Below the pieces are notes generated by a model. The model was given only the letters and a program-made list of their open reading frames with translations, was not told where the DNA came from and ran no database searches. Shown here in pieces: positions 1-6,118 of a stretch of 11,094 nucleotides of DNA; position 1 is the first letter of the stretch, and each line of letters begins with the position of its first letter. The DNA is taken from assembly GCA_028700905.1 (NCBI GenBank), contig JAQVRT010000024.1, positions 1 to 11,094 of the forward strand, read 5' to 3'. Source of the DNA: Candidatus Iainarchaeum sp. (GTDB taxonomy: Archaea > Iainarchaeota > Iainarchaeia > Iainarchaeales > CSSED10-239). A program made the position numbers and the translations under genes.

Positions 1-2
1 AT

Positions 3-1355
3 ACATTTAATGCAAATCCTTTAAAGACCTTACATATAGGACATGTAAGAAACATTGTAACTGGTGATTTTGTTTCAAGAATTTTAACCTTTGTTGGTGC
101 TGATCCTAAACCTGTTTCCTATGGTGGAGATATAGGAACTCATGTTGCTAAATGGTATTGGTATTATTCTAAATTAACAGATTCAGAAAAACAAATTCCT
201 GATAAAGATGTTTCTAAATGGTTTGGGAGTATCTATATTAAAGCAGGTTTACTTTTAGAAGAAAATAAAGAAGTTTATTCAAAAGAAATTGATTCTCTTC
301 AAGTAGAAATTATGCAGTCAACTTCTCTTCAAGAAGAAATAAAAAAATTAGCAAATAAAAGTCATCAAGCTTACATGGATGTTGGAAAAGAACTTGGTGT
401 TTATTTAGATAGTAGTTTTTTTGAATCTGATACTGAAAAAAGATTTTTTGAAGTTAAAGATAAATTATTTTCAGAAAATAAAGAATTATTTTTAGAAGAT
501 GATGGCGCTATTGTAGCTGATTTAAAAGATGAATCTTTAGGAAATTTTATTTTAATTAAACAAAATGGTGCTGCTCTTTATGGAGCAAAAGATATTGGTT
601 TAGTTTCTTTAAAAAAAGAAAGATACCCTTCTTGTAATGATTTTTTATATGTTGTTGCAAGCGAACAAGATTTTTATTTTAAACAATTATTTAAATTATT
701 TTCTTTTATTTATCCTTTAACAACTCACTTCCATATTAATCATGGACTTATAAATACTTCTGAAGGAAAAATGAAATCAAGAGAAGGTGAAAGTTTTCTT
801 TATGAAGATTTCAGAGATTCTTTATTTTCTGGGGTTAAAAATAAATTAATTGAAAATGGTTTAGATTTTGATGATTCTATTGTAAGAGATATCTCTTTTG
901 GAGTTATAAAATTTGAATTGCTTAAAACAAATCTAAATAAAACAATTGTATTTGATATTAATTCTGCTCTTGATTTTCAAGGAGACTCTTCTCCATATGT
1001 TCAATATAGTGGGGTTAGAGCTAAAAGTATTTTAGAAAAGTCAAATTCTAGTGATTTATCCTTAAATTCTTTAATTATTGATTATTCTTTAGAAGAAGAT
1101 GAAATTTTATTAGCTTTAAAAATAAATGATTTTAAAGAAAAAGTATTTTCCTCATATAAAGGTTATAAATCACATGTAATGGTTAATTATGTTTTAGAAC
1201 TCTCTCATATCTTTAATAAATTCTATACAAATTGTCCTGTATTAGTTGTTAATGAAAATATGAAAAATACAAGATTATTATTAATTAAAGCTTTTTTAAT
1301 TACTTTAAATAATGCTTTAAATCTTTTAGGTATAAAAATTCCTAGTAAAATGTGA
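3..1355 (+). CDS. argS: Arginyl-tRNA synthetase (class I aaRS), 5' end cut by the window edge
   Basis: Frame 3 is open from base 3 and continues into the listed 312..1355 ORF. Bases 3..311 translate to TFNANPLKTLHIGHVRNIVTGDFVSRIL..., a class I HIGH motif in the ArgRS-type context (NP-x-x-x-LH[IV]GH-x-RN). MKSREGE sits where ArgRS carries its MSTR-type variant of KMSKS. The C-terminal YVQYSGVRAKSIL resembles the DALR anticodon-binding-domain motif (Y-x-QY-x-x-x-R). Stop is TGA at 1353-1355. Confidence 0.88.
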   Translation, partial: TFNANPLKTLHIGHVRNIVTGDFVSRILTFVGADPKPVSYGGDIGTHVAKWYWYYSKLTDSEKQIPDKDVSKWFGSIYIKAGLLLEENKEVYSKEIDSLQVEIMQSTSLQEEIKKLANKSHQAYMDVGKELGVYLDSSFFESDTEKRFFEVKDKLFSENKELFLEDDGAIVADLKDESLGNFILIKQNGAALYGAKDIGLVSLKKERYPSCNDFLYVVASEQDFYFKQLFKLFSFIYPLTTHFHINHGLINTSEGKMKSREGESFLYEDFRDSLFSGVKNKLIENGLDFDDSIVRDISFGVIKFELLKTNLNKTIVFDINSALDFQGDSSPYVQYSGVRAKSILEKSNSSDLSLNSLIIDYSLEEDEILLALKINDFKEKVFSSYKGYKSHVMVNYVLELSHIFNKFYTNCPVLVVNENMKNTRLLLIKAFLITLNNALNLLGIKIPSKM

Positions 1356-1359
1356 TTTT

Positions 1360-1980
1360 ATGAAAAATACATTTGATTTTGTAATGGATGATTTAATAGA
1401 AAAATATTCTATTGAAGATTTAGAAGAGACTTTTACAAAATTAAATATAAAAAATATCTATGTTTTTAGAGAAATTTCAAAAAAAGAAGATTTAGAAAAA
1501 GATTTTATTTTACCTAAATCAAAAATATTAAAACTTAAGAAAGCTTATCTTTTAAAAGAACCTTCTCTTGCACATTTTTATAAAAAAAAAGAATTATTTT
1601 TAGTAATTTCTCAATCTTTAAAAAATAATACAGTAATTTCAACAAGTAAAAATATTCCTTTTTTATATAATCCTCTTTCTGATAAATTGATTTTTGATGA
1701 ACAAAATGCAAGATCTTGTTTTCAACATAAAGTAAAAGTTATTTTTAATTATAACCTATTAAGAGATAAACCATTACAAAATAAATATTTAAAACAAAAT
1801 TTATTTATTGTAAACCTTTTAAAAATACATTTAGTTGATTTTATATTTGCGTCTTTTGCAAAAACAAAAGAAGATTTAGTTTCAAGAGATGTTTTATTTA
1901 GTTTATTAAAAAATTTTGATTTAGAAGAATCATTTATTTTGAAAATCTTATCAAAAGGGATGGTTGATAATAAATGGTAA
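1360..1980 (+). CDS. rnp3: Probable RNase P protein component 3 (Rpp30 family), highly divergent
   Basis: 206 aa, the right size for archaeal Rpp30. It lies immediately upstream of, and overlaps, the Pop5 gene, as in the conserved archaeal superoperon. The C-terminal segment FASFAKTKEDLVSRDVLFSLLKNFDL resembles, from memory, the Rpp30 C-terminal pattern (x-SSA-x-x-x-x-x-x-R-x-P-x-DL-x-SL). The family call rests mostly on position and size. Confidence 0.55.
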   Translation: MKNTFDFVMDDLIEKYSIEDLEETFTKLNIKNIYVFREISKKEDLEKDFILPKSKILKLKKAYLLKEPSLAHFYKKKELFLVISQSLKNNTVISTSKNIPFLYNPLSDKLIFDEQNARSCFQHKVKVIFNYNLLRDKPLQNKYLKQNLFIVNLLKIHLVDFIFASFAKTKEDLVSRDVLFSLLKNFDLEESFILKILSKGMVDNKW

Positions 1981-2291
1981 AACTTAAAAAAAAATTAAAT
2001 GTTATAAGACCAACTTTAAGACATAAAAAGATATATTTTATGTTAGAGTTTACAAAGGAATATTCTAATAATCTTTCTAATTTATTTCTAAAAAATTATC
2101 AAAATATTTTTGGTTTGTTTAGTTTAGTTAATGCAAATATTACTTTAATGAAGTCAACAAAAAACACAGCAATTGTTAGGATTAATAAAGATTATAAAGA
2201 TTCTTTTTTAACATCTATTTTCTATTTAAAGCAAGATTTAGGTTTAGTTTATGTAACTAAGCAAGTTTCAACTCTTAAATCTTTAGAGTAA
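1974..2291 (+). CDS. rnp2: RNase P protein component 2 (Pop5/Rpp14 family)
   Basis: 105 aa. The N-terminal IRPTLRHKKIYFMLEF matches the characteristic Pop5 start (LPPTLR-x-K-x-RY-x-x-FE). It overlaps the upstream ORF by 7 nt (ATGGTAA, 1974-1980). Its position before psmA is the canonical superoperon arrangement. Confidence 0.75.
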   Translation: MVKLKKKLNVIRPTLRHKKIYFMLEFTKEYSNNLSNLFLKNYQNIFGLFSLVNANITLMKSTKNTAIVRINKDYKDSFLTSIFYLKQDLGLVYVTKQVSTLKSLE

Positions 2292-2386
2292 TTTGTGTGT
2301 TTTTATTAATCATAATGTTTTTATATCTGTTGCTATAATAATATATAGTAGAGAATAGTAGAGGTAACTAAAGTTTAAGTATTTTT

Positions 2387-2408
2387 AGCTATTATTTAAT
2401 AGCTTTTT
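2387..2408 (+). promoter_or_regulatory. Hairpin of two 8-nt perfect inverted-repeat arms (AGCTATTA-tt-TAATAGCT) followed by a T5 run; terminator-like or operator-like element in the pop5-psmA gap
   Basis: Read directly: 2387-2394 agctatta, 2397-2404 taatagct, T run 2404-2408. A third copy of AGCTATT at 2432-2438 can pair with the 3' arm instead (see findings). Confidence 0.4.
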
Positions 2409-2442
2409 AATTAATATTTTATCTTAAAAAAAGCTATTTTTG

Positions 2443-2450
2443 TTTATAAT
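2443..2450 (+). promoter_or_regulatory. Candidate TATA box (TTTATAAT) upstream of psmA
   Basis: TATA-like octamer about 32 nt upstream of the psmA ATG. Other TATA-like strings (2319-2326, 2333-2346) also exist in this AT-rich gap, so the assignment is ambiguous. Confidence 0.25.
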
Positions 2451-2469
2451 TATAATTAAAGGAAAAAAA

Positions 2470-2474
2470 GGTGA
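2470..2474 (+). promoter_or_regulatory. Shine-Dalgarno-like GGTGA for psmA
   Basis: GGTGA lies 7 nt upstream of ATG 2482. It is complementary to the conserved GAUCACC part of the 16S rRNA 3' end. The same GTGA core recurs 4-9 nt upstream of most starts in the window. Confidence 0.6.
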
Positions 2475-2481
2475 ATAAAAT

Positions 2482-3204
2482 ATGTTTCCAATTTCTAATA
2501 ATAATGCAATGGCACAAGCATATGATAGATCAATAACAGTTTTTAGTCCTGAAGGACATTTATACCAAGTTGATTATGCATCTAAAATAATTGAAAAAGG
2601 AAGTCCAGCTGTAGCTGTAACTTACAAAGAAGGAATTGTTTTAGTTGCTGATAAAAAAATATTTTCATCACTTGTAATTCCATCTTCTGTTGAAAAAGTT
2701 TTTAAAGTCGATAAACACGTATGGGTTGCTTGTTCTGGACTTATTGGAGATGGTAGACGTTTAGTTGATTATTCAAGACAAATGGCTCAAGAGAATAAAG
2801 TTTACTATGATGACCCTATAGAGATAGATACTTTAGTTAAAAAAGTAGGGAATGTAGTTCAATATTTTACACAATATGGAGGAGCAAGACCTTTTGGTGT
2901 TTCTTTAATTGTTGCAGGTATTGATTCTTTAGGAAAACATATTTATGAAATTGAACCAAGTGGAGCAACAACAGCTTATAAAGCTATTGCTATTGGTCAA
3001 AATAAACCTAAATTAATGGCACATTTAGAAAAAAACTATAAAGATAATTTAAATTTTGAAGATGCTTTAAAGCTTGCAATTAAAACTTTGTCTTTAAATC
3101 TTGAAGCAAAACAAAAACTAGATTCAAAGAATATAGAAGTAATACATATTAATGAAAATAACGATTCAATTGTTCCTTTTGAAAAATATTCAAAATTAAT
3201 TTAA
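2482..3204 (+). CDS. psmA: Proteasome subunit alpha
   Basis: YDRSITVFSPEGHLYQVDYA is the hallmark N-terminal alpha-subunit motif (YDR-x-ITVFSP-x-G-x-L-x-QVEYA). Length of 240 aa and operon position fit. Confidence 0.95.
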   Translation: MFPISNNNAMAQAYDRSITVFSPEGHLYQVDYASKIIEKGSPAVAVTYKEGIVLVADKKIFSSLVIPSSVEKVFKVDKHVWVACSGLIGDGRRLVDYSRQMAQENKVYYDDPIEIDTLVKKVGNVVQYFTQYGGARPFGVSLIVAGIDSLGKHIYEIEPSGATTAYKAIAIGQNKPKLMAHLEKNYKDNLNFEDALKLAIKTLSLNLEAKQKLDSKNIEVIHINENNDSIVPFEKYSKLI

Positions 3205-3220
3205 AAGTGTAAAATAAAAT

Positions 3221-3616
3221 ATGCCTAAAACAAATCTTCCTGCATTACAAAAAAATAAATTGTTACAAGATTTAAAAAAATCTCATACAGTTAGTCATTA
3301 TAAGGGATTTGCAACAAAATTTAAAGGAACCACAGATAAAGTTTTAAAGAAGCATATGTTAATTGAAAGAAATTTAGTAAACTATAAAATATTAAGTGTT
3401 AGAGTTTCAAATAAACTAAAAAATTTACCTATTGAAGACAAGAAAAAAGCACTCTCTCTCTTAAACAAGATTTATAATAAATTAAATCTTTTAGAAGAAA
3501 AAAATTGTTGTTTAAAATATTTAGAATTTTCAAAATCTTTTGCAGAAAAGATTAATAGAAAAGAAGGTAGAGAAGTTTTAGAAATATTAACTGAGATTTC
3601 AAAAAAATATATTTAA
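3221..3616 (+). CDS. Hypothetical small basic protein, paralog 1 (131 aa); family not recognised
   Basis: Complete ORF in operon orientation, tightly spaced (16 nt after the psmA stop). It has a paralog immediately downstream. It is Lys-rich with helix-favouring composition, and I recognise no known motif. It ends ...SKKYI. Confidence 0.7.
   Translation: MPKTNLPALQKNKLLQDLKKSHTVSHYKGFATKFKGTTDKVLKKHMLIERNLVNYKILSVRVSNKLKNLPIEDKKKALSLLNKIYNKLNLLEEKNCCLKYLEFSKSFAEKINRKEGREVLEILTEISKKYI
3551..3585 (+). repeat. 35-nt block identical to 3960-3994 (copy 1)
   Basis: attaatagaaaagaaggtagagaagttttagaaat was read at both positions. It encodes INRKEGREVLEI in both paralogs. Confidence 0.9.
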
Positions 3617-3629
3617 AGTGAATTAAAAT

Positions 3630-4043
3630 ATGAAAACAAATAATCCTGCATTGAAAAAAAATCCTTATCTTAAAAATTTAAAAAAAGATCCTTCTATTCA
3701 AGGATATAAAACTTTAGCTGAAATTTTTGTAAAAAATAAATCAAATGCATCTAAATTAAGTAAAAATGTTGTTTTAGATCAAAAATTTCTTGCAAATCAT
3801 AGAATTTTATCTGCAAGAGTAAAACATAAAATTAATGGCCTTTCTAAAGTTGAACAAGAAAAAGCAAAAACTTTGTTTGAAAATATTTTTAGTAAATTTT
3901 TATGGAGTTTTTCAAAAACAGAAAAACATCATGAGTTTATAAAAGAATTTGCAAAATCAATTAATAGAAAAGAAGGTAGAGAAGTTTTAGAAATTTTAGA
4001 AAATGTTAATAAAAAATTAAAAGGTCAAGGAGGATATGATTAA
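3630..4043 (+). CDS. Hypothetical small basic protein, paralog 2 (137 aa); family not recognised
   Basis: Complete ORF with GTGA (3618-3621) 8 nt upstream of the ATG. It aligns with paralog 1 along its full length (roughly one third to 40% identity by eye). It ends ...KGQGGYD. Its last codons contain the GGAGG Shine-Dalgarno of the next gene. Confidence 0.7.
   Translation: MKTNNPALKKNPYLKNLKKDPSIQGYKTLAEIFVKNKSNASKLSKNVVLDQKFLANHRILSARVKHKINGLSKVEQEKAKTLFENIFSKFLWSFSKTEKHHEFIKEFAKSINRKEGREVLEILENVNKKLKGQGGYD
3960..3994 (+). repeat. 35-nt block identical to 3551-3585 (copy 2)
   Basis: Direct reading; see copy 1. Confidence 0.9.
4029..4033 (+). promoter_or_regulatory. Shine-Dalgarno GGAGG for the SBDS gene, embedded in the 3' end of the upstream ORF
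   Basis: aaGGAGGa at 4027-4034, with 12 nt between it and ATG 4046. It encodes the Gly-Gly of the GQGGYD tail. Confidence 0.55.
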
Positions 4044-4045
4044 TT

Positions 4046-4771
4046 ATGTTTTATAAGGGTGAAAAAAATAAAGGTAATCTTGAAAACACTGTAGTTGCAA
4101 GAATTAAAAGAGCAGAACATAATTTTGAAATTTTAGTATATCCTTTCCAAGCATGGGATTTTAGACTTGGAAAATCTGATTTAAAGATTGAAGATGTTTT
4201 AGCTTATGAAGAAGTTTATTCTGATCTTCAAAAATCAAATGTCGCTTCAAGAGAATTACTTTTAGAACATTTTGAAACTGAAGATGTTTTTAAAATAGCC
4301 GAAAAAATTGTTAAAGATGGAGATGTTCAGTTAACAACTGCCCAAAAACAATTAATGATGGAAAAAAGAGAAAAAGAAATAATTAATTATATTTCAAAAT
4401 ATGCTCATGATCCTAAAAATAAAACTCCTATCCCTGAACAAAGAATAGTTAATGCTTTTGAAGAACTTAAAATTAAAATAAATTTAAGTAAACACAAAGA
4501 AAAAGAAATTGAAGAAATTGTAGATAAATTAAAAAGAATTATGCCAATTTCTTTTGAAAAAATAATTTTAATGGTTGAAGTTCCTGCAAATTATGCAGGA
4601 AAAATTTCATCTGTAATCTACAAACAAGAAATTGTAGATCAAAAATGGCTTTCAAGCGGTGCATTAGTTGCAAAAATAAAAATACCTGCAGGTCAAAAAC
4701 AAAATTTAGTTTCTGATCTTAATAACTTAACTCATGGTAATTTAGTTGCAACTGTTGTTGATGAAAATTAA
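4046..4771 (+). CDS. sdo1: SBDS family ribosome maturation protein (Sdo1 homolog)
   Basis: VVARIKRAEHNFEILVYP..., EDVFKIAEKIVKDGDVQLTTAQKQLMMEKREKEIINYISKYAHDPKNKTPIP and LKRIMPISFE follow the archaeal SBDS pattern (N-terminal FYSH domain; central GE-x-QLT-x-x-QR-x-x-x-x-E-x-K-x-x-x-II-x-x-IS-x-x-x-x-DP). 241 aa, at the canonical position before rrp4. Confidence 0.9.
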   Translation: MFYKGEKNKGNLENTVVARIKRAEHNFEILVYPFQAWDFRLGKSDLKIEDVLAYEEVYSDLQKSNVASRELLLEHFETEDVFKIAEKIVKDGDVQLTTAQKQLMMEKREKEIINYISKYAHDPKNKTPIPEQRIVNAFEELKIKINLSKHKEKEIEEIVDKLKRIMPISFEKIILMVEVPANYAGKISSVIYKQEIVDQKWLSSGALVAKIKIPAGQKQNLVSDLNNLTHGNLVATVVDEN

Positions 4772-4783
4772 ATGTGATAAAAT

Positions 4784-5407
4784 ATGAATACAGAAAAAAA
4801 AATAGTTGTTCCTGGCGACTTAATAACAGATCAGGTAAAAAAATTAGGTCAAAATGTTTATTTTGAAAACAACAAAATATATAGTTCAATTATTGGTATT
4901 TTATCTGAATCAAATGATTTTGTTTCAGTAATACCTTTAAACGGCCCTTATTCTCCTGTTGTTGGAGATGGTATTGTTGCTGTTGTAAAAGATGAAGTGC
5001 TTAACGGTTATATTTTAGAGTATAACTCTTTTGATGATTCTTTTCTTTTAAAATCAAATATTAGAAAAGAGCTTTCAATTGGTACTGTTGTTTTTTTAAG
5101 AATTAAAAATATAGCAGACAATGGTTCTTTAGAGTTTGATAATATAAATATTTTACCAAAGGCAAGAGTTTTTCAAACCTCTCCAGTTAAGATACCAAGA
5201 CTTATTGGTAAAAATGAATCTATGCTAAATTTATTTAAAGAATATTTAGGTGGAAATATAGTTATTGGTAAAAATGGATGGATTTGGTATAACTCAGAAG
5301 ATGTATCTCTTGCAAAAAGAGCATTTTCATTAGTTGTAAAAAATTCTCAAAAATCAAATCTTACAAACAGTGTAAAAGATTTTTTTGAAAAAAATAAATT
5401 AAAGTGA
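4784..5407 (+). CDS. rrp4: Exosome complex RNA-binding subunit Rrp4 (S1 + KH)
   Basis: IVVPGDLI near the N-terminus and GKNGWIW (the KH-domain G-x-NG-x-IW motif typical of Rrp4). At 207 aa it is slightly short. It lies directly upstream of rrp41/rrp42. Confidence 0.85.
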   Translation: MNTEKKIVVPGDLITDQVKKLGQNVYFENNKIYSSIIGILSESNDFVSVIPLNGPYSPVVGDGIVAVVKDEVLNGYILEYNSFDDSFLLKSNIRKELSIGTVVFLRIKNIADNGSLEFDNINILPKARVFQTSPVKIPRLIGKNESMLNLFKEYLGGNIVIGKNGWIWYNSEDVSLAKRAFSLVVKNSQKSNLTNSVKDFFEKNKLK

Positions 5408-5413
5408 TAAATT

Positions 5414-6118
5414 ATGAGTACAAGATTAGATGGTAGAAAAAAAGATGATTTAAGACCAATTAAGATAGAACTTGGAGTTGTAAAAAGTGCTGCAGGTTCA
5501 TGTTATCTTGAATGGGGTAAAAATACAGTTGTTGCAACTGTTCACGGACCAAGACCAATGTTTCCAAAACATTTGTCAAATTCTCAAAGAGCAGTTGTAG
5601 ATTATAGATACAGAATGGCTCCTTTTTCAGTTTCTGATAGAAAATCTCCAGTTCCTGGAAAAAGAGATAAAGAAATTTCTTTAGTTTCAGGTTTTGCTTT
5701 AGAATCTGTTATTATGACTGAAAAATTTCCAAACACAGTTATTGATGTTAATGCATTAATTCTTTCAGCTGATGCAGGTACAAGAGTTGCAGCTTTAACA
5801 GCAGCTTCACTTGCATGTGCAGATGCAGGACTTCCAATGAAAGGGTTAGTTTCAGCTGTTGCAGTTGGAAGAGCAAATGGAGATTTAATTTATGATTTAA
5901 CAAAAGAAGAAGAAGATGCTCCTGATGCAGTTGATACTGCAATTGCAATAACTATGCCTCAAAAAGAAATTGCTCTTTTACAAATGGATGGTTTTGTAAA
6001 TAAAGATGATTGGAAAAAAATGGTTTCTATGGGTTTTTCAGCTGCTGAAAAAGTTTATGAACTTCAAAAGAAAGCTTTACTTGAAAAATACCCTGTAAAT
6101 GGTGATATTAATGAGTGA
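5414..6118 (+). CDS. rrp41: Exosome complex exonuclease Rrp41 (RNase PH-like, catalytic subunit)
   Basis: RLDGRKKDDLRPIKIELGVVKSAAGSCYLEWGKNTVVATVHGPR is the RNase PH domain start. SADAGTRVAALTAASLACADAGLPM corresponds to the ADAG(S/T)R phosphate-binding segment. An acidic EEEDAPDAVD segment lies where the catalytic Asp residues sit. Confidence 0.93.
   Translation: MSTRLDGRKKDDLRPIKIELGVVKSAAGSCYLEWGKNTVVATVHGPRPMFPKHLSNSQRAVVDYRYRMAPFSVSDRKSPVPGKRDKEISLVSGFALESVIMTEKFPNTVIDVNALILSADAGTRVAALTAASLACADAGLPMKGLVSAVAVGRANGDLIYDLTKEEEDAPDAVDTAIAITMPQKEIALLQMDGFVNKDDWKKMVSMGFSAAEKVYELQKKALLEKYPVNGDINE

Larger units (their letters stand above)
3205..4043 (+). repeat. Tandem gene duplication unit (period about 409 nt) covering two paralogous ORFs and their leader sequences
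   Basis: The leaders are similar: tttaaaagtgtaaaataaaatATG (3200-3223) and tttaaagtgaattaaaatATG (3612-3632). The proteins align end to end: MPKTNLPALQKNKLLQDLKK / MKTNNPALKKNPYLKNLKK at the N-termini, ILSVRV / ILSARV mid-protein, and INRKEGREVLEIL identical near the C-termini. Confidence 0.8.

Noticed and set aside
1-311. Apparent non-coding stretch before the first listed ORF
   Set aside because: It is not intergenic. Frame 3 is open from base 3 and encodes the HIGH-motif region of ArgRS, continuous with the 312..1355 ORF. The track merely began at the first internal Met.
5748-5948. 66-aa minus-strand ORF rich in L/Q/H
   Set aside because: It is antisense to the most conserved part of rrp41. 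Its repetitive L/Q composition mirrors the Ala/Ser/Leu codons of the sense strand.
6099-6110. Upstream ATG (6099) as the rrp42 start (MVILMSD...)
   Set aside because: It is an in-frame alternative, but GGTGA at 6101-6105 would then lie inside the ORF rather than upstream. ATG 6111 has the same SD spacing as the other genes. This is not decisive, so it is noted as an alternative.
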